From Schmidtea polychroa (Eukaryota), in contig CM097885.1 of the NCBI GenBank assembly GCA_044892525.1, positions 234,982,001 to 235,046,000 of the forward strand: a DNA stretch of 64,000 bases, read 5' to 3'. Position 1 is the stretch's first letter, and every line of letters starts with the position of its first letter. This document shows, in pieces, positions 1 to 9,921 of this stretch. The notes under the pieces are model-generated. The model made no database searches and had not been told where the DNA came from. It saw nothing but the letters and a program-made list of their open reading frames with translations. The position numbers were made by a program, and so were the translations under genes.

Positions 1-1
1 T

Positions 2-3000
2 ACGGAAAAAGTCTATCATGATCTGTTAAGAAACGATTGCCTGCTCAACAAAGAAATATTGAGAACAAAATTAGCAATGGCGATTACAAATCCAGATAAC
101 GCAATTCCACTACTACCATTACAGGAAGGATATTTCGGACGAATCGTGGGCGAAGTGATGTACACCTACCAATGCAAAAAGATAATGGCAAGATTGCCGG
201 AAAACCCTACAATACCAAGGGATAAGTGTGCAAACGAACTCGAAATTATTCACGAAGGTAAACCCAGGTTTGTGCAAGCAGTCACTAGGATAATGAACCC
301 GGTAGGGTTTCAGCCAAATCTGTTTAATTGCAGTAATGCATATGGGCCAATGTATGAAAAAGAAGACGGACAATGGGTTCAATTTCCAAGTAAAACAATC
401 GTAGTGACACCCAAGAAATTTGGATTGACGGAACTAACAACAGAATTAGAGTTCAAGCCGATAGACGTATCACAGAGTGGATTATATACACCAAAAGATC
501 TTGAATCAGCAAGGGCCCACATGTTATTCCCAGCACACAGACAAGCGATCCTATCAAATATAGTGACTATTTCTGGAGGAAATAATTATGGGGAGAGCCC
601 AAATTACGAGCTATTATTATCACCAAGTCACTATCAACAAGCAACAGCAAACATGATGAAGGCTATGTGGGGTCGATTTTTGGTATTTGGCCAAATGATG
701 GCAGGAATACTCGGAATTATTCTGATAATACAAATAGTCAGAGTAATACTAACCCAGATGCTAGCATGTTTTGACATCTATAAGCGCGAGAGAAAAGTAA
801 ATTGGAAACTTGCAATTGGATTCTTACCGTTCTTAGCGAAAACAATGGTGTTGCATGGACACTCAAAGGATATTCATCGAATAAAAAGATTGTTGAAAAT
901 ACTAACGCAAATGAAAGGGACAGACGAAGAAGTCGGACGTAAGTTCAAAGTGATAATGAGATTAGAAGCAGAAAGAACTCAAGAGAAAGCAAAAAGAACC
1001 GGGAAGTGGAAAAAGTGGATGAACCTCAGACGAGACGATGATAGTGACAACGACAATGATGATTTCAACGACGATGATAATAACCAAGGAGGAGCAATGT
1101 TGATAAATAAAAATACAGCCACTTGGGAAAACGAAAAAATGAAACCATGGGGATCACCGTATTCACAGACCCCATATTTACAAGCACCAACTAATGGACC
1201 AATGCGACGACCAGGAACAATGAGAGAACGGATAAGAATGGGAACCGGAAGATTACCCATACCGAACATTTATCCAACAGCTTATGAACCAAATTGGGCA
1301 GCAATGGATCCAACGATGATCAAACAGGCTAAAAGTGTAGAACAAGAAGTGGAGACACGAACGATTGCGGTATTGCAGACACCAGCCGGACCATCATTAA
1401 CCATCACGGTCGAAGTAAACGGAATAGAAATGGATGCAATGATCGATACCGGAGCAAATATTTCGGCAATAAATATGAATATGCTACCAGGCAGACTATG
1501 GCCATGCATTGAAGAGACAACCATGGATGTAATAACATGCAGCAAACAATCCATAGCGGTGGTAGGAAGAGTATGGTCAACGATTGAATATAAAGGGGTT
1601 AAAGTTACAACGTACCTCGCAGTCATTAGACAGCTAAGCGTATCATGTATAATTGGAACAGATGTAATGCCGGAATTATTGAAAGAAATTGTGATTGATT
1701 TGAGTTCCATGAAATTAAAAGATAAAACTGGACAGATATGCACAATGAGAACAGAAGTGAGATGCTCCGAAAAAATGATAATACCAGCACGTACCCAGAC
1801 AATATGTTATGTCAAGGTCGATAACGAAGCCAAAGGAGATATGATATTTGAACCAAGTCAAAAATTCGAGAAGAGAAGGGAGCTGCCATTGGCAAGAGAA
1901 ATTGTCAGTATAAATGAGGATAACGAGATACCCATCAATATCACCAATTTTGATGAGGAAGATAAAGTAATCTACGAAAACGAGAGACTTGGAAAACTCA
2001 CACCAATGATGAACATTGAGCTACCGGAGATAAAAAGCGAGGGAGCAGACGAAAAAGAATTATGGACCATCGATAGCGAACTCCTAAATAAAGACGAAAA
2101 GGAACAACTCAGACAACTACTGATTGAGTTTAAAGATATTTTTGCGGCTTCAGATTTGGATTTGGGTACTAGCGATGTAACTCAACACATTATACCATTA
2201 ACAGATGAGACACCCATAACGTTAAGACCATATCGATTGGCTGAAGCACAAAAAACGGTAGCAGAGGAAGAAGTACAAAAGATGTTAGATGCTGGGGTAA
2301 TAGAACCTAGTTGCTCACCATGGCAATTCCCAGTGGTAATGGTCAAAAAGAAAGATGGCACACAGAGATTTTGTATTGACTATCGGAGGTTGAACGCAAT
2401 AACAAAAAGAGATACATATCCACTGCCAGACATAAACGAAATGTTACAGATGTTGCATGGAGCAGCATACTTTACATCTTTAGACCTAAAGAGTGGATAC
2501 TGGCAAATTAAAGTTAAAGAGGAAGATAGAGAAAAGACAGCCTTTACCATCGGAAAAGATTTATATCAGTTTAAAAAGATGCCATTTGGATTAACAAACG
2601 CACCTGCTTCGTTTCAGAGATGTATGAACTTTGTGACACACGGGATCAAACAATGTATGGTGTATATCGATGATCTGTTAATTTATTCAGGTACTTTCGA
2701 GCAACACTTAATCGACATCAGAAACGTATTCATAAGACTGAAACAATGGAAGCTGAAATTGAAACCGTCAAAATGCGACTGGGCAAAGGAGAGAGTCACA
2801 TTTTTAGGACACATTGTGTCGGCAAAAGGAAAAGAACCAGATCCGAGAAACGTTGAGAAAATAAAGAATTGTCCGATACCAAAAACCGTGACTCAGGTAC
2901 AAGAATTTCTGGGATTATGCGGATACTACCGCAAGTTTATCAAAAACTATGCAACTATCGCAAAACCAATTCAAGAACTAACAAAAAAAGATACTCCATT

Positions 3001-6000
3001 TCTGTGGGAAAGGGAACAGCAAATAGCTTTCGAATCGCTAAGAGATAAACTAATAGCCTCGCCTATCTTAATCCACCCAGATTTCAAAAAGCCTTTTTTA
3101 TTAGCAACTGATGCAAGTGGATACGCATCAGGAGCTGTGCTAGGACAATGGGATGAGGAGAAAAGAGAAAGAGTCATCGGATATTATAGCAAGACGTTCA
3201 AAAAACACGAGAAGAATTACTCGGTCACAGAAAGAGAAGCCTTAGCAATAATTCAGGCGATAAAACATTTCAAATATTTATTATGGGGACACGAGATAAT
3301 TATTACTACGGACCATCAACCTCTAGTTTGGTTGGGCCAACATAAAGAGGCATCTAGTCGATTGATGAGATGGGCAATGCAGTTACAAGAATATTCCCCA
3401 TACATCAAATTCAAGTCAGGAAAAGCAAACGCAAATGCAGACTGCATGTCGAGATTTGTATTTGAAGAACTCATGGATCATGACGTCAGACGAATATGCC
3501 TGATAATCGCGGAAGATATCGATTTTACCAATCTAAAGAACGAACAAAAGGAAGACAATGAATTAAAACTAATAATTGAGTTCCTGGAAAAAAACGATAT
3601 GAAAATATTCAACAACGATGATCGACTAAAAGAACACATGGAGAAAAATCGTCACAGATATACGATCGAGAAAGGATGGCTATTGGTAATGGATGGCGAC
3701 AAACGATTGATGTGTCTACCAGAAAGTAGACGGAAAGCAATTATGATTCAATACCACGATGGTAAATTGGGCGGACATATGTCAGCCAAGAAAACAGAAG
3801 CAAGGCTCAAACAGAAATATTACTGGCCAAATATGAGCGATGACGTGAAAGAATGGATAAAGAACTGCCTGATATGCGCAACCAGAAAAACAACGGGCAG
3901 TAAACTAAAGCCACCATTGAAACCAATGCCGATACCGCCAGAACCGATGACAATGATTGCAATGGATGTAGTTGGACCACTACCAGAGACTAACAGTGGA
4001 AATGTGTATATATTGGTAATAACTGATTATCTGACTAAGTTCCCTGAAGCATTTGCGATGCCAGACCAGAAAGCACGAACGGTTGCAAGGATATTAGTGG
4101 AAGAGATCTGCTGCAGATATGGAACACCAAAACAAATCTTAACTGACCAAGGAACTAATTTCATGAGCGAGATAATAAATGAAGTGACAAATTATTTTAG
4201 AATTGCCAAATTGAGAACCTCACCATACCACCCGCAAACGAATGGTCAGACAGAAAGATTTAACGGCATACTAATAGACATGATGTCCAATTACGTGAGT
4301 AAACATCAAAAGGACTGGGATGAATATATTAAGTTGTGTCTAATGGCTTATCGAATGTCAATACACTCAGCAACGAAAATGAGTCCGTTTAAACTCATGT
4401 ATGGAAGGGAATGCAACATGCCGATGGATCTCGAATACCAACCGCCAATCTCACAATATATGGAGATAGATGATTATGTGACAAAGTTCAAGGAGAGAAT
4501 GCAAGAAATATGGAAAACCGCAGGGATGAACATCCGATTCAACCAAGAGAGTTATAAGGAATTACATGATAAAAAGAAGAACGTGCAAAACCATCAATTT
4601 AAAATCGGAGATTGGGTTATTATAGAAACACCCGAATTAATCCCAGGAACAGCAAAGAAATTACAACGTAATGGCAGAGGGCCATATGAAATCATCTATG
4701 TAAACGAGAACAACGCTAGAGTGAAGTTGGTTAACAATCCACTAATTAGACCCATTTATGTGAATACATGTCGATGCAAAGCAGTAGCGAAAACTGCCAC
4801 TAAAGACCCAGAAACAAGAAGGATAATCACGAGATCACAAACAAATGCCACAACGGAACCAGAAGTAAGCGGTAGATTAACTAGATCACAGACAAGACGA
4901 ATATTCATGTTGAGAGGAGAAACAAGCAGCAGCGCCCATAAAGGAACTGAAGCAGAAAGCGAAGCTGACGCAATGGCAAGGAGCCAAGCAACATGGAATA
5001 TGACAGTAAAAATAGCACGAGAAATTGTACCAGAATGGGCCGATATAACCAATAAATACCAAGTATTGGGCAAACTAATGTTAGTAGCAGAAAGATATGC
5101 GAAAGGACGAAGATATGCCGAAGGATTACAAATACCGACTCAAATATATGAACTAATCCGGAGATTACCAATCATGTTCCTAACAAGTGATTTGAGTAAT
5201 AACTGGCCAATCCATCATGCAGTGAAAGCAGGACAAGAAAAACGAGCTTTAGAGATTATACGAATAATGGAAAACTGCAAACAATCAACAAACGTCAAAA
5301 ACAGTAAAGGAAAAACTCCACTGATGAAAGCCATAGCAATAGGCGCGTCAAGAGATGTACTCAGAGAATTATTAAGAACGGGATCCACGCTGAAAGAAAA
5401 AGACAACAAACAACGAACCGTATTACGTTATGCCGTCAGGTCAAAAAGACCTAGTATAGTGAACTTTATCACAGGAAATGCAACAACCGAAGAAGCCGAG
5501 GTGTTGGGACAGAGCATTGAACCAATTCTGGAAGCCATCAGAGGAAACTTAGACAGAACCGCAGCAATATTAATCAAATGGAAACAAAACGAATTAAGAG
5601 CGGAAGTAATTGATATAAATCAATTCCAAAACAACGAAAATATCGTACTAAGAAGCGCCATATACTCAAGACCACCAATGCCAAAAACCATTAAAGCAAT
5701 ATTACAGAGAAATAGAACAGAATTGACAGGTAATTGGTGGAAATGCACAAAAACACATGCGATGAAAAAGCAACTAGAAATACTAGTGTGGGAATGGCAC
5801 CGGAAACAACGGAAATATCAAGGAACCAAAGAAGAACGAGAAAGTATCCACAACGACAAAAAAGAGATAATTAAAAAATACGAGGAGATGATCAAAGCAG
5901 CAAATGTCGAGGACGACATTTTCAGGAAAACCCCGGGTGAGAGGAATGACGACGACGACGACGACGAAAAGATGGGGGATAACGATAACAACCCAGAGGA

Positions 6001-7663
6001 AAACGACAGAGAACAGAATCCGGAAGGCGGAGAAACAACGAGTGATGATGAGGAATTGGAAGAAGACGAAGAAGACCAATGTCGAGGTGAAGATCAAGGA
6101 TTCGACAAAACGGAGAACAAAAAACGAAAGTCCCCACTACATAGCATAGTGTGTCGAAATCAAATCCAGCCAATCCTACTACAAAGAATATTTATAATAT
6201 TAACATCCATCTGTTTAACAGAAACAAAAAATATGAGAATCGTAAGAGAAGCTTCCCAAGAAGGTGAAGTATTTATGATAAAAGTCAGTGATTACGACGG
6301 AAATGCCGTCGGAATATGTGTGCAACTAATGGAAGGAACAGGAGTAAGTTGTGATTTCAGATCGATAACAAAAGGAAAGATTTTTAGCAGCCAAAAAAGA
6401 GATCCCAGGCTATGTGGAGATTATGACATCTGTAGAGACATATCAACAGAGGAAATGGAGCTAGAAAGAGCCAACGAAACCGGAGTACATTTTCAACTCA
6501 ACATTTTGGAAGAAGGTATCGAAATAGAAGATAAAGGGAGTCGATCAATTACACATGTATGCATCAGAGAAGACAGAGACATATGCATAATAACTGATAT
6601 GACACAAGACCACAAATTCTTCTGGGGAGAGGTCAAACCAAATACCCCTACTGTGGTATGCGCAGGAACACAAGGGATAGTAGTATGTAAAGGAACAAGA
6701 ACTGCACCAAGAAAAGACAAGCCAAAGAGTATGGCAATGAAACAAGATCCATTGAGGGGGATAACAACCAAGAAGCCAAACAAATCAGTTAGTACAAAAA
6801 CAACAACAGAGCAAAATCAAACCGAATTAATAACAACAACAACATGGATTAACGAAGTAATTAAAGACGAAAGACGGGAAGTGCAGATAACTATTAACCT
6901 CAACAAGAAAGGTGAAGAGGTAATTACAGTCAAAAACCAGGAAGGAGAACCAATCATAAGGATATGTGTAATGGATAAGACGGGAATAATCGACTGTACA
7001 ACAACACCGATAGACAAAGGTACAGACGTTAAAATGGAGACAGGGAAACGGAAAGAACGATACCAAGTATGTATCCTTAAGAAAGGAAGAGGAACCAGCG
7101 TATGTCAACCAATAACTCGACAAAAACCCCAATTAATAAACATACCGTGGATACCCCGAGATCAAGAAGGGGGAGAGAAACGGGAAAATCACAGTCACCT
7201 AACAGAAAAAGAGAAGGAACGATTACATCAAGCATTCAAGAAAATCAAAGCACCAGAAACAAATACCACAGGTAGTACAATATTAACGACAGAAAAAACA
7301 AATAATGGAACAACGATCATCACAAAGATGATATGGATAACTAGCGCGATAGTAAGCACGATAATAGCGTTAGCAATGATTCAGTGGATAAGAACCACCA
7401 AAAGATGTAAACAAAAACCGAGAAACCAAAGAAAATGGCCCAAAGTGGAAAAATTTGAATACGGTATTCCAACAGAGAATCTGAATCTAGAAGAATACGA
7501 GGTGGTAGAGGATCCCGGATCCAGCGGATTGTGGATGTCGGAACTACCAAGAATACCCACACCGAACGAATGGACACACGAAGTCGATATATACCGAATA
7601 ACGGACGAAAGATATGGGGGAATGCGCACGCTGCATTCCGGCCCCATGGCGACACTGGTATAA
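2..7663 (+). CDS. pol: Env-Pol-accessory polyprotein (5'-open): class III glycoprotein C-half + TM, aspartic protease, RT, RNase H, integrase, ankyrin repeats, Cys-rich ectodomain + TM
   Basis: Frame is open from base 2. Motifs: GEVMYTYQC..C.NEL..TR..C..GLY..FP..W.RF..FG..AG.LG plus TM (~677-775); IDTGA (~1442-1456); YIDD (2663-2674); TDAS RNase H (~3107); H-H-CxxC zinc finger, D/D/E core and GPY (~3750-4690); ankyrin PIHHAV/TPLMKA/TVLRYAV (~5200-5580); TM ~7328-7390. Confidence 0.93.
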   Translation, partial: TEKVYHDLLRNDCLLNKEILRTKLAMAITNPDNAIPLLPLQEGYFGRIVGEVMYTYQCKKIMARLPENPTIPRDKCANELEIIHEGKPRFVQAVTRIMNPVGFQPNLFNCSNAYGPMYEKEDGQWVQFPSKTIVVTPKKFGLTELTTELEFKPIDVSQSGLYTPKDLESARAHMLFPAHRQAILSNIVTISGGNNYGESPNYELLLSPSHYQQATANMMKAMWGRFLVFGQMMAGILGIILIIQIVRVILTQMLACFDIYKRERKVNWKLAIGFLPFLAKTMVLHGHSKDIHRIKRLLKILTQMKGTDEEVGRKFKVIMRLEAERTQEKAKRTGKWKKWMNLRRDDDSDNDNDDFNDDDNNQGGAMLINKNTATWENEKMKPWGSPYSQTPYLQAPTNGPMRRPGTMRERIRMGTGRLPIPNIYPTAYEPNWAAMDPTMIKQAKSVEQEVETRTIAVLQTPAGPSLTITVEVNGIEMDAMIDTGANISAINMNMLPGRLWPCIEETTMDVITCSKQSIAVVGRVWSTIEYKGVKVTTYLAVIRQLSVSCIIGTDVMPELLKEIVIDLSSMKLKDKTGQICTMRTEVRCSEKMIIPARTQTICYVKVDNEAKGDMIFEPSQKFEKRRELPLAREIVSINEDNEIPINITNFDEEDKVIYENERLGKLTPMMNIELPEIKSEGADEKELWTIDSELLNKDEKEQLRQLLIEFKDIFAASDLDLGTSDVTQHIIPLTDETPITLRPYRLAEAQKTVAEEEVQKMLDAGVIEPSCSPWQFPVVMVKKKDGTQRFCIDYRRLNAITKRDTYPLPDINEMLQMLHGAAYFTSLDLKSGYWQIKVKEEDREKTAFTIGKDLYQFKKMPFGLTNAPASFQRCMNFVTHGIKQCMVYIDDLLIYSGTFEQHLIDIRNVFIRLKQWKLKLKPSKCDWAKERVTFLGHIVSAKGKEPDPRNVEKIKNCPIPKTVTQVQEFLGLCGYYRKFIKNYATIAKPIQELTKKDTPFLWEREQQIAFESLRDKLIASPILIHPDFKKPFLLATDASGYASGAVLGQWDEEKRERVIGYYSKTFKKHEKNYSVTEREALAIIQAIKHFKYLLWGHEIIITTDHQPLVWLGQHKEASSRLMRWAMQLQEYSPYIKFKSGKANANADCMSRFVFEELMDHDVRRICLIIAEDIDFTNLKNEQKEDNELKLIIEFLEKNDMKIFNNDDRLKEHMEKNRHRYTIEKGWLLVMDGDKRLMCLPESRRKAIMIQYHDGKLGGHMSAKKTEARLKQKYYWPNMSDDVKEWIKNCLICATRKTTGSKLKPPLKPMPIPPEPMTMIAMDVVGPLPETNSGNVYILVITDYLTKFPEAFAMPDQKARTVARILVEEICCRYGTPKQILTDQGTNFMSEIINEVTNYFRIAKLRTSPYHPQTNGQTERFNGILIDMMSNYVSKHQKDWDEYIKLCLMAYRMSIHSATKMSPFKLMYGRECNMPMDLEYQPPISQYMEIDDYVTKFKERMQEIWKTAGMNIRFNQESYKELHDKKKNVQNHQFKIGDWVIIETPELIPGTAKKLQRNGRGPYEIIYVNENNARVKLVNNPLIRPIYVNTCRCKAVAKTATKDPETRRIITRSQTNATTEPEVSGRLTRSQTRRIFMLRGETSSSAHKGTEAESEADAMARSQATWNMTVKIAREIVPEWADITNKYQVLGKLMLVAERYAKGRRYAEGLQIPTQIYELIRRLPIMFLTSDLSNNWPIHHAVKAGQEKRALEIIRIMENCKQSTNVKNSKGKTPLMKAIAIGASRDVLRELLRTGSTLKEKDNKQRTVLRYAVRSKRPSIVNFITGNATTEEAEVLGQSIEPILEAIRGNLDRTAAILIKWKQNELRAEVIDINQFQNNENIVLRSAIYSRPPMPKTIKAILQRNRTELTGNWWKCTKTHAMKKQLEILVWEWHRKQRKYQGTKEERESIHNDKKEIIKKYEEMIKAANVEDDIFRKTPGERNDDDDDDEKMGDNDNNPEENDREQNPEGGETTSDDEELEEDEEDQCRGEDQGFDKTENKKRKSPLHSIVCRNQIQPILLQRIFIILTSICLTETKNMRIVREASQEGEVFMIKVSDYDGNAVGICVQLMEGTGVSCDFRSITKGKIFSSQKRDPRLCGDYDICRDISTEEMELERANETGVHFQLNILEEGIEIEDKGSRSITHVCIREDRDICIITDMTQDHKFFWGEVKPNTPTVVCAGTQGIVVCKGTRTAPRKDKPKSMAMKQDPLRGITTKKPNKSVSTKTTTEQNQTELITTTTWINEVIKDERREVQITINLNKKGEEVITVKNQEGEPIIRICVMDKTGIIDCTTTPIDKGTDVKMETGKRKERYQVCILKKGRGTSVCQPITRQKPQLINIPWIPRDQEGGEKRENHSHLTEKEKERLHQAFKKIKAPETNTTGSTILTTEKTNNGTTIITKMIWITSAIVSTIIALAMIQWIRTTKRCKQKPRNQRKWPKVEKFEYGIPTENLNLEEYEVVEDPGSSGLWMSELPRIPTPNEWTHEVDIYRITDERYGGMRTLHSGPMATLV

Positions 7664-7811
7664 CGAGAGGAGGAGTTGTTGTAAATAATGTATAAATGAA
7701 ATGATAAAAGTAGTGATAATAGTAGTAGTATGTACAAAATAAAAGTAGTAAATTAAAACAATATGTAGAAAAATCAAAAACAAGTATGATGACCATGTAT
7801 TATAAATAGGA

Positions 7812-8267
7812 ATGAACCAGAGAAACGAAGAGCAAGAACACCCAAATGGGATACCACATGTTGTTGAAGTAAGAGAACAGCCGCTTATGAATGTACATCC
7901 AGTAGACATGATGGAAATGAACGTGCCAAACCAGCCGAGTCAGCCAACAGGATCCATGTGGAGGGTACAGTGTGAATTAATGACCCAATTGACAAATCAG
8001 ACTCAAGAGCACTGGGTACGAAACCAAACGGCGTTGATAGAGAGTATTAATAGAAATGCAATATATATTACAAAAATAGAGGAACAACACCAAATAATCG
8101 CGCAACTAGAGTATAATAACAATCAGTTAATAAGCCAAATCAGATGGCAAGCGGAAGAAATTAGAAGGTTGCATGAAAATCGACAACATGATGATATTAC
8201 CAGTTTAGTCGAGTGGATGACCGGGTTACCAGGAACAGGGGAACCGGACTCGACGGTAGATGTGTAG
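7812..8267 (+). CDS. Accessory ORF, 151 aa, Gln/Asn-rich coiled coil, unknown function
   Basis: ATG-initiated ORF with heptad pattern (IEEQHQIIAQLEYNNNQLISQIRWQAEEIRRL); same spacer architecture as neighbours. Confidence 0.75.
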   Translation: MNQRNEEQEHPNGIPHVVEVREQPLMNVHPVDMMEMNVPNQPSQPTGSMWRVQCELMTQLTNQTQEHWVRNQTALIESINRNAIYITKIEEQHQIIAQLEYNNNQLISQIRWQAEEIRRLHENRQHDDITSLVEWMTGLPGTGEPDSTVDV

Positions 8268-8356
8268 GAGAAAAAGGAGTGAAATGTAAATAATCCTGTA
8301 AATAAATAGAGTTATAATCAAGTAGAAATCCCAAGATTAAAAATCATCATTGTAGA

Positions 8357-9781
8357 ATGCAAAACAAAGCAGAGGAAAACCGGAGAGAAGCAGAGGAACA
8401 AAAGATTAACTATGAGTTGATGAGAAAATACCAAGCCGAGCCGGACGAGTTCGAAGAGAGATTATTATGTGCCGATACAGCATGTAGAAGATTATTAATT
8501 GGAGCAAGTCAAACTCGATGCGGGTGTAGATTGTGCCGAGGGTGTGATATAAGATTAGCCAGACTAAAGCGAGAAACTTGTCCAGGATGTGGAGAAGCAT
8601 TTAAGTTGGTTCCCACTGGTACGATACCGGATAGAGCAATGAACCGAGAAATCAGAGAAGTGAAAATAAGATGCACCCAAAGGTCATGCGAATGGACAGG
8701 CCGAGTAAAGGAGTTAAGAGCCCATACAGACGTATGCGAATATCTAGAATCGGAATGCGAAGCATGCACGGTAAAGTTTTTACGAAAAGAGAAAACCAAA
8801 CATAAAGGGGAATGCAAAGCGCGAACGGAAAAATGCGAATTTTGCGGAGAAACTGCTAATTGGAGAGAAATCGAAATGGAACATCGAAACGCAGTAGAAA
8901 GACGGATTTGCGACGAATATACAGGGAAATGCCCAAACGAGTGTGGAGAAATTAACAACGTCAGATTAAATGAACATTGGGAGATATGCACGAGAAAAGC
9001 AATAAAATGCCCAATGGTGACATTCGACTGTAGAGCACAATTACCAGCAGAAGAAATGAAGAAGCATGTGGAGGAGAATACATTCGAGCACATGCAAAAG
9101 ATGATGAGAGCAATAGAGTTAACAGCAAGAGCAATTGAAGACGTCAAAGACGAACTCAAATCACATAAAATCATGATAAAAGAAATGCTGAGCTCACAGG
9201 AAAGCTTCGAAAATACGAGAGAAGCCGTAACACAAAGGATGTTGAAATTAGACGACAAATTAGTCGAAGTAACTAAATTACAAACCAAATGGACTACAAA
9301 GGAACTGACAACAGAGGAACTACCAATACTACCATACATGTGGAAAATCCAAGGAATAACGGAAATAATGGAGCAAGCAAAGCAAGGAATCCAGACAACG
9401 ATAGTGAGCAAACCATTCTACGCCAAGAAACATGGATACAAGATGAAACTGAGATGGTTTCCAAATGGTGAAGGAAAGTTTAAAGATCGGTGCATGTCCA
9501 TATATATGCAAATTTGTAAAGGAGATTTTGACGACCTAATAGCATGGCCATTCCGACATAGATTAAAAATATCTCTCTTAGGAGCAAAAAAGACACATAT
9601 AATGTGTTTTCGAGCATCCAGTCCAGCAGGGAATAAACCGATTACAGAGGTTAATCCTGCGGTAGGAGTAGCAGAGTTTATGCAGCTATACCAATTTAAT
9701 GAAGGGTCCTACATAGAAAAGGACACTATATTCTTCCTAATCGAACTAGATGAGGAAGGACCAACAATAGAAATACGATAG
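8357..9781 (+). CDS. TRAF-family protein (RING variant, TRAF zinc fingers, coiled coil, MATH/TRAF-C domain)
   Basis: QTRCGCRLCRGC..CPGC RING; PDRAMNREI..C....CEWTG..L..H...C zinc fingers; MATH motifs YMWKI, SKPFY..GYKMKLR.FPNGEG, GDFDDLIAWPF, YIEKDTIFF. Confidence 0.93.
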   Translation: MQNKAEENRREAEEQKINYELMRKYQAEPDEFEERLLCADTACRRLLIGASQTRCGCRLCRGCDIRLARLKRETCPGCGEAFKLVPTGTIPDRAMNREIREVKIRCTQRSCEWTGRVKELRAHTDVCEYLESECEACTVKFLRKEKTKHKGECKARTEKCEFCGETANWREIEMEHRNAVERRICDEYTGKCPNECGEINNVRLNEHWEICTRKAIKCPMVTFDCRAQLPAEEMKKHVEENTFEHMQKMMRAIELTARAIEDVKDELKSHKIMIKEMLSSQESFENTREAVTQRMLKLDDKLVEVTKLQTKWTTKELTTEELPILPYMWKIQGITEIMEQAKQGIQTTIVSKPFYAKKHGYKMKLRWFPNGEGKFKDRCMSIYMQICKGDFDDLIAWPFRHRLKISLLGAKKTHIMCFRASSPAGNKPITEVNPAVGVAEFMQLYQFNEGSYIEKDTIFFLIELDEEGPTIEIR

Positions 9782-9921
9782 ACGGATAGAAGGGAACTGT
9801 AAATATTTTGTAAAAACGACGTAAAGTAAATATAAAGTTATTGTATACAGTAAAGTAACTTGCCAAAACCATAAAAATTAGAAAAAGAAAATGTAAAAAG
9901 AAATGATGAAATTTATTATAG

